A DNA stretch of 64,000 bases, taken from positions 1 to 64,000 of the forward strand of contig JBFWNW010000001.1 of NCBI GenBank assembly GCA_050250855.1, read 5' to 3'. Each line of letters begins with the position of its first letter. The stretch's first letter is position 1. The DNA is from Candidatus Babeliales bacterium (GTDB lineage Bacteria; Babelota; Babeliae; Babelales; JACPOV01). Below are positions 10,063-20,656 of this stretch, piece by piece. Under the pieces are notes generated by a model, which made no database searches, was not told the origin of the DNA, and saw only the letters and a list, made by a program, of their open reading frames with translations. Made by a program: the position numbers and the translations under genes.

Positions 10063-11667
10063 GTGAAGCATAGTGGTTCTTTTAAAACATGGAAACTTTA
10101 TACGTTAGCTCTTTTCTTTTTACCAATTTTTTCTAGTTATGGAGAAATTCAATCGCATGAACTGCGCAATTGCTCTGGGCCGGTATGTATGGATCAGCAG
10201 GCAAGTTGTGGGCCAACAGGCTGCAGTCCTCTTGCAGATATGTTGTACAAAACGCTTGAGCTCGAGCAAGATTTTACCTCAGTTTTTACTATACTTTCTG
10301 GGATTATTGCTACACAATGTCAAGATTTTAACGAATTATGGCATCTTTTTGATGTGTTACAAAGGTCAACTATTTTTGTTGATGTTCCTGGTTTTAGTCA
10401 AACATTTACTATGCTTGAACAAATTATAGAAACGGGATGCCAAAAGTTTCAGGAAACGTGGACGATTTTAAGTTGTTATAATACGGTTGGTATTACCAGC
10501 GGCGGAACCATATCAAGTCCTGGTGTTTACTGTTTAATTAACGATATTACCGGTACTCTTACTATCGCAGCAAGTGCTGTTCAGCTTGATTTAAATGGCA
10601 AAAGGATTTCTGGTGGCGCTAATAACATTGTAGTCTCTGGGCAATCGGATATAAAAATTAGAAATGGAGCTATTTCCGGCGCTTCAATAAATGGTATTTC
10701 TGTTGAAAATTGTACGAACGTTAAAATTACCGATGTTCAATTTGAGGGGAATAGTAATGGCCTTTTTGTTGATACTACTAACTGTATTATAGTAAGAAAT
10801 TGCAATTTTTCAGCAACTGTCGGTGGTTCTTTGCTACTAGAAACTAGCAATAATGGTGAGATATCCAATTGTAAGTTTTTTAATAATGGAGGAACGCCTC
10901 TTATTGGCTATCAAGCTAGCAGTGCTTCCACAGTATTTAGAAATATAGCTATGATCAATAACAGTTCCACCAACTTGACCTGTTTTTCTGCGCAAAGTTC
11001 TGCTTCCGGAAGAATAGAAAATCTTTTGGTAAGTGGTAATGAAGCATCAACAGGAGATTTTGTTGGTGTTGAAATTTCAGCATGCCAAGATATTTTTGTT
11101 CAGGATGCTCAGCTTGATACTAATAGATCATTAGTAGGATCTTGTACCATTATTCTTGCCAATAATTCAGTAGTTTCTTTGTTAAAAAATCTGCATATTT
11201 CTGAAAATAGAGCTGGTGGCGCACAAGGAGTTTTTTGTGGTATTAGCGATATAGCAGGAGATTCATCAATAATACAAGATAGCATCATTACTGATAATAT
11301 TTCTACGTTTAGCACTGCGACAGGTATTAGTTTTATGCAGAATATCAGTAGTCTTATTTTGAAAAATCTCATAAAAAGAAATACGGGTGTAACAGGAGGG
11401 ATTGGCATAGGAATAACTGATTCTTTCCTCACTGTGGCACAAGGAAATACTATAGAAAGCAATACTGGTGGTGCGAGCGCAAGCTTTGGTTTACAGTTTA
11501 TAGGAAGTCCTGTTGATAGTATTATTTGGAGCAACAACATTGTCGGGCATACCAATAACTTTAATATAGCAACAATTCCTCTTGTTTTATTTGCACGCTC
11601 AACAGGAGCATTTACTGATACAATGACTACCAGTACAAGAATTTTAGATAATGTTGATATTTCATAA
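10063..11667 (+). CDS. Array paralog 5: exported beta-helix protein with short stalk
   Basis: GTG start with aaggag RBS, signal peptide, LRNC motif, CQKFQETWTIL, TISSPGVYCLINDI, ends RILDNVDIS. Confidence 0.8.
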   Translation: MKHSGSFKTWKLYTLALFFLPIFSSYGEIQSHELRNCSGPVCMDQQASCGPTGCSPLADMLYKTLELEQDFTSVFTILSGIIATQCQDFNELWHLFDVLQRSTIFVDVPGFSQTFTMLEQIIETGCQKFQETWTILSCYNTVGITSGGTISSPGVYCLINDITGTLTIAASAVQLDLNGKRISGGANNIVVSGQSDIKIRNGAISGASINGISVENCTNVKITDVQFEGNSNGLFVDTTNCIIVRNCNFSATVGGSLLLETSNNGEISNCKFFNNGGTPLIGYQASSASTVFRNIAMINNSSTNLTCFSAQSSASGRIENLLVSGNEASTGDFVGVEISACQDIFVQDAQLDTNRSLVGSCTIILANNSVVSLLKNLHISENRAGGAQGVFCGISDIAGDSSIIQDSIITDNISTFSTATGISFMQNISSLILKNLIKRNTGVTGGIGIGITDSFLTVAQGNTIESNTGGASASFGLQFIGSPVDSIIWSNNIVGHTNNFNIATIPLVLFARSTGAFTDTMTTSTRILDNVDIS

Positions 11668-11701
11668 GGTAAAAAGTGAATAGTATAAAAAAGGATGAAG
11701 C

Positions 11702-13423
11702 ATGAAGTTTCTTTGTAAACTGTTTTCGGTAATGTTTGCTAGTTTGTTAATGTTAACTTCCGCAACAAGAGCTATGGAAGAAGATTGGTTCAAAATAATA
11801 CCAGATGCTCAGTTAAAAGAACTGATTGTTATTGCATATCAAGAAATCAAAGATTCAGACAAATTATCAGATAATGAGCAGATACATCAATGTTACCAAC
11901 AGATTATACAAGGGGTTACACTAGAACGAACAGAGCTTGAAAAAGCAGCCGGTATCTTAGTGGGCCAGAGTACCCGCTCATGCAATAAGTTGCGCGATAT
12001 TTTAACTATTCTTTGTGATATACAAGAAAGTTGCTCAACTCTATTCCAAGAAACCTTTACTGCTATTGATCAAGTCGAGGATGTTCTTTGTTTAAAATTT
12101 CAGGAAACGTGGACTATTCTTGCCTCCATTACATCGGTGACTGTCTATGTAGAGTTTAATGATTTGTTTGCTCAAACCTTTACTGCTATTCAGGAAGTAC
12201 AAGATGTTTTATGTACTAAATTCATGGAAACGTGGACCATTTTAAACTGTTTTACTGCTATTCCGCTAGTGGCAGCTGGAACAATAAGTAATTCTGGGTA
12301 TTATTGTGTACAAAATAATATTGCAGGTACTATTACCATTGCTGCTGATAATGTCATTATTGATCTTAATAATAAGGTGCTAACAGGTAATATTGTCGCA
12401 ACAAGTCGCACTAATGTTAAAGTAATTAATGGTTCTATTGAGGGGGGCGGCTCTATAGGGATCAATGCAACAACATGTAATGGTGTCGTGGTAGATCAAG
12501 TTAGTTTTTCAGGTAAAGCAGGGTCAGTACTTGCAACAACGTCAACGTGTATTGTAGTAACTAATTGCAATTTTGAGGGTGATACAGCAATTCCTTTTGA
12601 GTGTAGCAACAGCAATGCAATTGAAGTTAATAATTGTAAATTTTCATCAAATACTGGGGTAAATATTATTCGCTTATCTTCAGGATCTTATGGTGCTACT
12701 CTTTCAAATCTTATTATAAATAATAATATACCTTCGGGCGGAATATTACGTGCGTTAGAATTTGATACCTCATTTGGTGCCGTAGTTAATAATGCTCTTA
12801 TTAGTGAAAATACGGCAACATCAACCGTTATTGGTTTTTATAGTACCCAATCTAATTCTGCCATTTTCCAGAATGGTCTTATTTCAAATAATACAGCGCA
12901 ACATGTTCGTGGGGCATTGATAAGTAGTTCGCAGGATATAATAGTCAGAGAAAATTCTATTACTGATAACAATGGTAGCTTGTCTGCTGTAGGTGTTGAA
13001 GATCAAAGCGGTTTAAAAACTTTGGTGGAACGTTGCTTTATTGCAACCAATAGTTCTTCTGGTTTTTGCCGTGGTGTTATGTTTATTGCTACTGCAACCA
13101 GTTGTGTTATTGGCAATACAATAATTTCAAATCAAGGAAATCCTGGTGGGGGTATAGTTTTTGTTGGCACTTTGGCTGGGAACTTTATTCAAGCTAATAT
13201 TATTGAAAACAATACAGGAGCTTCTAGCGTTGGTATAGAGCATCCAGCAGTACCGCCAGCAATTTTAAGTGTTTTTTGGTCTAATAGTTGCTTTGGTCAA
13301 ACGAGTAATTTTTCACCAGTATCATTTGCTGCATTAATTCCCATAACAACCTTTACAATTTCTACCGGATTATTTAGTGGTGGAAGTGGCAGAGAGCTTG
13401 ATAACGTGAATATTATTCCATAA
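11702..13423 (+). CDS. Array paralog 6: exported beta-helix protein with helical module and short stalk
   Basis: Signal peptide ending ATRA/MEE, AYQE..CYQQIIQGVTLERTEL module, TRSC motif, two KF.ETWTIL, TISNSGYYCVQNNI, ends RELDNVNIIP. Confidence 0.8.
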   Translation: MKFLCKLFSVMFASLLMLTSATRAMEEDWFKIIPDAQLKELIVIAYQEIKDSDKLSDNEQIHQCYQQIIQGVTLERTELEKAAGILVGQSTRSCNKLRDILTILCDIQESCSTLFQETFTAIDQVEDVLCLKFQETWTILASITSVTVYVEFNDLFAQTFTAIQEVQDVLCTKFMETWTILNCFTAIPLVAAGTISNSGYYCVQNNIAGTITIAADNVIIDLNNKVLTGNIVATSRTNVKVINGSIEGGGSIGINATTCNGVVVDQVSFSGKAGSVLATTSTCIVVTNCNFEGDTAIPFECSNSNAIEVNNCKFSSNTGVNIIRLSSGSYGATLSNLIINNNIPSGGILRALEFDTSFGAVVNNALISENTATSTVIGFYSTQSNSAIFQNGLISNNTAQHVRGALISSSQDIIVRENSITDNNGSLSAVGVEDQSGLKTLVERCFIATNSSSGFCRGVMFIATATSCVIGNTIISNQGNPGGGIVFVGTLAGNFIQANIIENNTGASSVGIEHPAVPPAILSVFWSNSCFGQTSNFSPVSFAALIPITTFTISTGLFSGGSGRELDNVNIIP

Positions 13424-13434
13424 GATTTTGTAGA

Positions 13435-13462
13435 GTTGGCATAGCAGGAAAGCTATGCCAAC
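13435..13462 (+). terminator. Intergenic stem-loop (terminator or mRNA-stabilising hairpin)
   Basis: Perfect 11-bp stem gttggcatagc-aggaaa-gctatgccaac just after the stop at 13423; no clean U-tract. Confidence 0.5.
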
Positions 13463-13502
13463 CGAACTTTGAAAGAAAATAAAAAAGAAGAAGAAGAGGG
13501 TT

Positions 13503-16500
13503 GTGATGAAGAAGTTTTTATCTCTCTATAAAGTACTCAACGTTGTCAAAATTTTTTATATAGCAAGTCTATTTCTTTTTCTACCAAGCAATTCCTTTTC
13601 ACATCCACTCTATAAAGAATCTTTAGAAAAATTTAAAGATAAAGAAGTTGCAGTACGGCATCTTAATATAGTGCCTGTAATTACCTCTTTAGAAGGGTAT
13701 GAGCACAATTCTGTTTTAGTATCATGTAAAAATAAATTAGAAAAAGGCATGCAAAAACTTTCCATACAAGATCTTTGTATGCTGGTTGAAGCATTGGACG
13801 ATTATGTGACAAGAAGTGGTGAACGCGGTTTACGCCCTGATGCACCACCATTAATAGCAAATGATGCCGTTGTTGGTAAGAGCTGTTGTGATTTAACCCA
13901 AGTTATAGCATTGCTTGGTGCATTGAAAAAGCTTTTAGTAAAAATAGAGATTGATTTATGTGAAAAGTTTGAATTCACGTGGTCAATATTAGAAAAGATA
14001 GATATTGATATCAACGGTATTTTTACGGCACTAGATGCACTAGAATGTCCAACGGTTGATATTACGGGTATATTCACAGCACTTGAATTTGATTTTAATA
14101 ATATACAAACGATTATCTGTGAAAAATTTGAGTTCACCTGGTCAATATTAGAAAAAATAGATATTGATATTAACGGCATTTACACGGCACTAGATGCACT
14201 ACAGTGTCCAACGGTAGATCTGACGGGAATATTCACAGCGCTTGAATTTGATTTTAACAATATACAAACGATAATCTGCGAGAAGTTTGAATTCACCTGG
14301 TCAGCGCTTGAAAAAATAGATATTGATATTAACGGTATTTACACCGTATTAGAAAACTTGAATATAACGCTTACTATTGGCGAGTTGAATATTAATGTAA
14401 CGATAGATGTAGATTTGTCAGGTGTATTCACAGCGCTTGAATTTGATTTTAACAATATACAAACGATAATCTGCGAGAAGTTTGAATTCACCTGGTCAGC
14501 GCTTGAGAAAATAGATATTGACGTTAACGGAATTTTTACCGCACTAGATGCACTACAGTGTCCAACAGTAGATATTACCGGTATATTCACAGCGCTTGAA
14601 TTTGATTTTAATAATATACAAACGATAATCTGTGAAAAGTTCGAGTTCACGTGGTCAATATTAGAGAAAATAGATATTGATATTAACGGTATTTACACGG
14701 CACTAAATGATATTACCGTTAATGCGACGATTGATGTTGATCTTTCAGGAATATTCACAGCGCTTGAATTTGATTTTAATAACATACAAACGATTATCTG
14801 CGAGAAGTTTGAATTCACGTGGTCAATATTAGAGAAAATAGATATTGATATTAACGGTATTTACACGGCACTAAATGATATTACCGTTAATGCGACGATT
14901 GATGTTGATCTTTCAGGAATATTTACAGCGCTTGAATTTGATTTTAACAATATACAAACGATTATCTGCGAGAAGTTTGAATTCACGTGGTCAATATTAG
15001 AGAAAATAGATATTGATATTAACGGTATTTACACCGTATTAGAAAACTTGAATATAACGCTTACTATTGGCGAGTTGAATATTAATGTAACGATAGATGT
15101 AGATTTGTCAGGTGTATTCACAGCGCTTGAATTTGATTTTAACAATATACAAACGATAATCTGTGAAAAATTTGAATTCACCTGGTCAGCGCTTGAGAAA
15201 ATAGATATTGACGTTAACGGAATTTTTACCGCACTAGATGCACTACAGTGTCCAACGGTAGATCTGACGGGAATATTCACGGCACTTGAGTTTGGATTCT
15301 ATGATACGCAAACAATTATCTGTGAAAAATTCCAGTTTACCTGGACAATATTAGATTGTATTGAAATGCAAATTTGTGATGCCCTTCAACAGTTAGATGA
15401 GCAAATAATTGATCTGTGTTGCCAGCAAAATGGTTTATTCCAAGAAACCTGGACAATTTTGCAGGAAATAATTTGTATTGAAGAACAAATTTTTGATGAT
15501 GTTGAGTTGTTAGGTGAGCAAATAGTTGATTTGTGTTGCCAGCAAAAGAGTCTATGCCAGGAAACATGTACAATTTTAGGTCCTATTGCAGCAGCTCTTT
15601 GTTCGCCGCAAGAAATTCGTCAAGCATATGTTGGTGTTTCAACCTATACTATTTCACAACCAGGGTTTTATGTTTTTGCAGAAAATATAATATTTAGTCC
15701 TGCATCAGGCCAACCTGCATTAGAAATTACTACCGACAATGTAACGATTGATATGTGCGGCAAAACATTAAGGCAAGGTAATGCTGTTGCAGGAGTTGAT
15801 GGGATCAGAGTGCCTGGTAATACAACGCTAGCGCCGCGCTCACATATAACTATTATGAATGGTGGCATAAGTAGCTTTACTCGATCTGGTATTGTAGTAG
15901 GTACCAATCCAATAACCCCAGCAAATACCGCAGCGCGCTTTATTAACCTTAATGATTTAACAATTTCTGGTTGCTCTAGAGATGGTGTTGAGTTTGCTTC
16001 AACTACGACTATTTCTGATATTAAGCTTAAAAATTTAGCAATAACCAGCGCCCTGAATGGTATTTCATTAACTAACGTTAATCGCGGTTTAGTTGCAGCG
16101 TGTGATTTAGTGGTTAATACAACAGGTGCTATGCTTAACCAGTCAAATAAAATTTGCTTTAAAGAATGTAAAGCTGAAGAAAATATCCAAGCAGGCTTTT
16201 GGTTGCAAAATTCAAGCAATAATATTTTTACAGCATGTAATGCCATTGGTAATGGTCAAGATGGCACTACTAATGCATATGGCTTTATTTCAGCTAATGG
16301 TCGTGGAAATATTTTTGAACAATGCAATGCTTGTTGCACTATCACTACGCAAACTACGCAAGATTTTATTGCAGCAGGTTTTGCTTTAACTAGTTCTGAA
16401 ATGTGTTCAAAAATCATTACGTGCGAAAGTTTTGATAATACAGCTACCGGCTCCTCAATAGCGTATGGAATTTTTTTGGAATCAACGCAAACAACAGCGT

Positions 16501-17702
16501 TCTCTTTTGTTGCGACGTTTACAGGTGTTTTTGTTAATGCGCTAAGTAATGTGGCCTGGAATCCTAGTGGCACGGTGCTAGCCTATCACTCTCTAGCACC
16601 ACTATCAACTGATTTTTCGGCGTATGGTTTTAATGGTGAATCGCTCTTTCTTATTACTACTTCACAAGTGGGGTCTCTCGCTGCTGATGTATATGATTGG
16701 TCACCTGATGGGCAATTTTTAGCAATTGGAGGGGCTGCTTTTGGTTCTTTATCGGTACAAATTTTCTCTTTTAATGGAACTGATTTTACATTCATAACCA
16801 GCGAGGGGGGAAGCCGGAGTAATGGTTTTTGGTCACCTGCTGGGCAATACATTGCCACAGTCGAGCCAGGCGCTAATGAAGTTAGGATCTATTCTTTCAA
16901 TGGTCTTACTTTAACTCTCATAGATTCAGCGAGTATTATGACTCCGCGTTGGGCTTCTTGGTCATCTGATGGAACTTATTTGGCAGTATCTACAGCTTCT
17001 GGAGTTTTACAGATTTATACCTTTGATGGGCTTACGTTAACTCCTGTAACCAATATTACCACGAGTCCTTCCAACATCTTGTTCACAAGCTTTTTTAATC
17101 CACAAGATGCACACATAATAGCAAGTGTTGACCAGGATTTTCTATACATCTTTTCATTTGACGGAACAACTCTACTAGAAGAAGAGCGTATTTCACGTCA
17201 AGCAGTAGATTCTAATTTTCAGGTCCTGGCGACTTTGATTGCTTGGTCGCCAGATGGTCAGTTTCTTACAGTAAGCGGTAGGGTTTTTTCTCCGCCGACT
17301 CCGACTTTATTGGTTAATTATCTGTGGGATGGAACCTGTTTACGTTTACAGAGTAAGACCGAAATTTTGTCGCCGCTTTCGACGTCTGCCAATGGATTGG
17401 CGTGGTCGCCATCTGGAAAAAGTATTGCTTTCGGTTCGCTATTTGGGACGGATCCTAGTGGTAATCTTTCAATCTACGATGTTGGGGGAACGATTCCCTC
17501 TAAAAATATAATTAAGAATAATCTTGTTTATTGTAATGGTGAACGTGGTGGTACTGGTGTAGGGATTTTAGGTTCAAGCTTTAACAATCTGATTATTGGG
17601 AATACGGCATTTCAGAATACAAATAATTATCAGTTGGTTAATAATGTGGCAATTACGGATGCGCCAACGTTATTGGAAAACATCTCCGTTCCATCAGTAT
17701 AA
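13503..17702 (+). CDS. Array paralog 7: exported long-stalk beta-helix protein with divergent 7-blade WD40 propeller
   Basis: N-terminal hydrophobic signal-like segment, 8+1 CEKFEFTWS stalk repeats, beta-helix nearly identical to paralog 1, 7 W[SN]P-type blades, ends LENISVPSV. Confidence 0.85.
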   Translation: MMKKFLSLYKVLNVVKIFYIASLFLFLPSNSFSHPLYKESLEKFKDKEVAVRHLNIVPVITSLEGYEHNSVLVSCKNKLEKGMQKLSIQDLCMLVEALDDYVTRSGERGLRPDAPPLIANDAVVGKSCCDLTQVIALLGALKKLLVKIEIDLCEKFEFTWSILEKIDIDINGIFTALDALECPTVDITGIFTALEFDFNNIQTIICEKFEFTWSILEKIDIDINGIYTALDALQCPTVDLTGIFTALEFDFNNIQTIICEKFEFTWSALEKIDIDINGIYTVLENLNITLTIGELNINVTIDVDLSGVFTALEFDFNNIQTIICEKFEFTWSALEKIDIDVNGIFTALDALQCPTVDITGIFTALEFDFNNIQTIICEKFEFTWSILEKIDIDINGIYTALNDITVNATIDVDLSGIFTALEFDFNNIQTIICEKFEFTWSILEKIDIDINGIYTALNDITVNATIDVDLSGIFTALEFDFNNIQTIICEKFEFTWSILEKIDIDINGIYTVLENLNITLTIGELNINVTIDVDLSGVFTALEFDFNNIQTIICEKFEFTWSALEKIDIDVNGIFTALDALQCPTVDLTGIFTALEFGFYDTQTIICEKFQFTWTILDCIEMQICDALQQLDEQIIDLCCQQNGLFQETWTILQEIICIEEQIFDDVELLGEQIVDLCCQQKSLCQETCTILGPIAAALCSPQEIRQAYVGVSTYTISQPGFYVFAENIIFSPASGQPALEITTDNVTIDMCGKTLRQGNAVAGVDGIRVPGNTTLAPRSHITIMNGGISSFTRSGIVVGTNPITPANTAARFINLNDLTISGCSRDGVEFASTTTISDIKLKNLAITSALNGISLTNVNRGLVAACDLVVNTTGAMLNQSNKICFKECKAEENIQAGFWLQNSSNNIFTACNAIGNGQDGTTNAYGFISANGRGNIFEQCNACCTITTQTTQDFIAAGFALTSSEMCSKIITCESFDNTATGSSIAYGIFLESTQTTAFSFVATFTGVFVNALSNVAWNPSGTVLAYHSLAPLSTDFSAYGFNGESLFLITTSQVGSLAADVYDWSPDGQFLAIGGAAFGSLSVQIFSFNGTDFTFITSEGGSRSNGFWSPAGQYIATVEPGANEVRIYSFNGLTLTLIDSASIMTPRWASWSSDGTYLAVSTASGVLQIYTFDGLTLTPVTNITTSPSNILFTSFFNPQDAHIIASVDQDFLYIFSFDGTTLLEEERISRQAVDSNFQVLATLIAWSPDGQFLTVSGRVFSPPTPTLLVNYLWDGTCLRLQSKTEILSPLSTSANGLAWSPSGKSIAFGSLFGTDPSGNLSIYDVGGTIPSKNIIKNNLVYCNGERGGTGVGILGSSFNNLIIGNTAFQNTNNYQLVNNVAITDAPTLLENISVPSV
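13959..15345 (+). repeat. Intragenic tandem coding repeats, 8 units plus 1 variant, with three alternative linkers
   Basis: CEKFEFTWS[IA]LEKIDID[IV]NGI[FY]T..linker..G[IV]FTALEFDFNNIQTII; linker order A A B A C C B A. Confidence 0.9.
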
Positions 17703-17752
17703 AGTTATTTATACGAATGGATTAAACTATTTGTTAAAAAAAGGATAAAAGG

Positions 17753-20410
17753 ATGAAGTGGATACATAAGATTTTTGCCCTAATAATGGTGGGATTGCTG
17801 TTCAGTTCTGTGCAAGCAATGGGTAATGATCTGCTTGGCGCCGTATCAGATGATCAGTTGGAAGAATTGGATGTTCTGCGCGCTTGTGTTGGTAATTCAT
17901 GCGATAAGGTTGGGGATATTTCTGATCTTTTGTGTGAAATTAATGAAGAGCTTAGTGAAGTATTTACTGTTTTTGCAAATTTTTCCATAACACTCAGTAT
18001 TGACTTAACGATTAATCCAACGATAGATCTTTCAGTAATATTTACCGCTCTTGCATTTGGTTTTTATGATACGCAAACAATAGTCTGTGAAAAATTTGAG
18101 CAAACATGGACAATTTTACAAAAAATAGATGGAGAAGTTAATGAAATCTTTGCAGCACTAGCACTAGCAGAACAAGATGAGTTTAACGTCATTGCATTTG
18201 GTTTTTATGATACGCAAACAATAATCTGTGAAAAATTTGAGCAAACATGGACCATGCTAGCTCCGGTTGTTGTAGCGTTATGTTCGCCACAAGAAATTCT
18301 GCAAGCAAATATTGGTGTAACGACGTATACCATTTCACAACCAGGTTTTTATGTATTTGCAGAAAATATAGTATTTAGTCCAGCATCAGGCCAGCCTGCA
18401 TTAGAAATTACTACCGATAATGTAACGATTGATATGTGCGGCAAAAGTTTAACGCAAGGCAATGCGGTTGCAGGCGTTGACGGGATCAGAATTCCTGGCA
18501 ATACTACGCTCGCGCCACGCAGAAATGTGACCATTATGAACGGTGGCATAAGCGGGTTTACCAGATCTGGTATTGTGGTTGGCACGAATCCGGTAACGCC
18601 AGCAAATACCGCAGCGCGTTTCATTACCATCAAGAATATGAAGATTTTTAACTGTAGCTCTTCAGGTGTTGAACTTTTATCAAGCAGCAATATTACGGGA
18701 GCCTCTTTAGAAAATCTTGAACTTTTTTCTAATCAGATCGGTGCATCATTGACCAATGTTGTTGATAGTTCAGTAAAAAGTTGTGATATGATCTTAAATA
18801 CAACGGGTATCAGCTTGAATCAATCGTCTGATACTATACTAAAAAAATGCAAAGCGCATAAAAATACGCAAGCAGGATTTGCGTTACAAAATGCTCATAA
18901 TAATACCATTACCAACTGTGTTGCCATAAAAAATGGCCAAGGTGGCAGTACCGATGCGTATGGATTTGTTACGCAGGGCGGTTATGCAAATGTATTTGAA
19001 GAATGTATTGCAGAATCTACCGTAACAACGGCAACGGCAGATACTAACGTTGCTGCAGGTTTTGCCCTCACAGGAACAGAACGTTGTACTAAAATTATTA
19101 ATTGTGAAAGTTTAACAAATACAACGCTTGATGGTTTTGCAACACCGTACGGTATTTTGATAACCAGCACCTTCCCGGCAGCAGGTTTTACGTTATCAGT
19201 AACGGTGGGAGGTATTCAGAACTTTAACGATGTAAGCTGGTCCTCTGATGGTAAATATTTGGCAGCGGTTGATACTATCGGAACTCTTTCTGTATATGTA
19301 TTTGATCCGGTAGTAAAAACCTTGTCATTTTTAGTGTTTGTTTCTCATGGTGCAAGTTTGAATAGCGTTGCCTGGTCACCTGATGGAAATTATATTGCCA
19401 TAGGTGGCGCGCTATCGGGTGGATTTACTGTTCGCACCTATTTATTTGATGCACAAGCAGGAACGTTAACGAATGTAGGTACGGCTAATACTACCGGAAC
19501 CGTTAATGCTGTTGCGTGGTCACCCAATGGCCTGTATCTTTTGGTTGGTTATGCTTTAACGGGTTCTTTTGATTTTACGATTTATCGTACCAAAGGTAAT
19601 GAAGGAGGTTTAATCCTAGCAGTACGAGGACTGCTAGGAGCAGGAGTTAACTCGGTAGATTGGCTTGATAATAAAACATTTGCTGTCGGGGGACCGGTAT
19701 CAGGGGGAGCTTCTATTAAGGTGTTCAGTTTTAGTCCAGAAGTGCAAGGAGCTGATCCATTAAGTTATGAGGCAGCACGACCAGTTATTTTTCGTTCTTT
19801 AGCATCGCCGGGAATTGATATTCAAGAAGTTCGTTGGTCTCCAGATAAGCGCTATTTGGCCGCATGTGGGAATGGAGCCGGCACTAATATTTTTGTTTAT
19901 ACCTTTAATAATGGAACTACCTTGGGTAGTAGTCCAGCAACAGCAACATTTGGCGCTACAGCCAATTCACTTGATTGGTCACCCGATGGTAAATATATAG
20001 GAGTTGGGGGCATTAATACGCAAGGCCTTAGAATCTATGGATTTTCAAGAACAGCATTTAGTTTGTCCTCACCTAGTATTGTGGGTGTTACTTCTACCAT
20101 AAATGGGGTTTCATGGTCACCAAGTGGTGAATTTTTTGCTACGGCTGATAATGGTCTTTTGGTAACCGTTTATAATGCTCTTGTATTTAATGCCATCATG
20201 AATATTGTAAAAAATAATATAGTTTATGGTAACAATGGTAATAGTTTGCCGAGTGGTTTAGGCATATCAGGCTCTAGTTTTAGTAATATTATTGTTAGCA
20301 ATACTGCTTACAATAATCAGTTTGATTATGAATTTGTGACCAATGTATTTAGTAGTGGGATTAATGGAAGCCCGAGTATTTTAGAGAACGTTTCGGTGCC
20401 GCCGTATTAA
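17753..20410 (+). CDS. Array paralog 8: exported short-stalk beta-helix + WD40 propeller protein
   Basis: Signal peptide ending SVQA, LRAC motif, two CEKFEQTWT units, conserved helix, 7 WD blades, ends LENVSVPPY. Confidence 0.85.
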   Translation: MKWIHKIFALIMVGLLFSSVQAMGNDLLGAVSDDQLEELDVLRACVGNSCDKVGDISDLLCEINEELSEVFTVFANFSITLSIDLTINPTIDLSVIFTALAFGFYDTQTIVCEKFEQTWTILQKIDGEVNEIFAALALAEQDEFNVIAFGFYDTQTIICEKFEQTWTMLAPVVVALCSPQEILQANIGVTTYTISQPGFYVFAENIVFSPASGQPALEITTDNVTIDMCGKSLTQGNAVAGVDGIRIPGNTTLAPRRNVTIMNGGISGFTRSGIVVGTNPVTPANTAARFITIKNMKIFNCSSSGVELLSSSNITGASLENLELFSNQIGASLTNVVDSSVKSCDMILNTTGISLNQSSDTILKKCKAHKNTQAGFALQNAHNNTITNCVAIKNGQGGSTDAYGFVTQGGYANVFEECIAESTVTTATADTNVAAGFALTGTERCTKIINCESLTNTTLDGFATPYGILITSTFPAAGFTLSVTVGGIQNFNDVSWSSDGKYLAAVDTIGTLSVYVFDPVVKTLSFLVFVSHGASLNSVAWSPDGNYIAIGGALSGGFTVRTYLFDAQAGTLTNVGTANTTGTVNAVAWSPNGLYLLVGYALTGSFDFTIYRTKGNEGGLILAVRGLLGAGVNSVDWLDNKTFAVGGPVSGGASIKVFSFSPEVQGADPLSYEAARPVIFRSLASPGIDIQEVRWSPDKRYLAACGNGAGTNIFVYTFNNGTTLGSSPATATFGATANSLDWSPDGKYIGVGGINTQGLRIYGFSRTAFSLSSPSIVGVTSTINGVSWSPSGEFFATADNGLLVTVYNALVFNAIMNIVKNNIVYGNNGNSLPSGLGISGSSFSNIIVSNTAYNNQFDYEFVTNVFSSGINGSPSILENVSVPPY

Positions 20411-20414
20411 TGAG

Positions 20415-20636
20415 CGTTCGAATGCTTCGACCCATTCGACAAGCTCAGGGCAGGCCCCCTCGAATGGCCTTTAGTCCCGAGCAGCTGTAAAGCTGACGAG
20501 GGGTCAGCACGAACGGTTTAAGGTCCTTCGCCTTACCTGTTCTGCTGTGCCCGGCGTAAGCACTTTAGTCCGAAGAAGTTTTAACGAAGGCGGATTGTGC
20601 GAAGTCTGGGAGCTTGTCGAAGGAATGTAGTGCGAA
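20415..20636. repeat. Nested composite REP-like palindromic element, copy 1
   Basis: Arms gcttcgac..tcagcacgaacgg and ccttcgcct..gagcttgtcgaagg, each interrupted by other short palindromic modules; homologous to 23466, 26342 and (inverted) 37863. Confidence 0.85.
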
Positions 20637-20656
20637 TGCAAAAAAAAGGATAAAAG

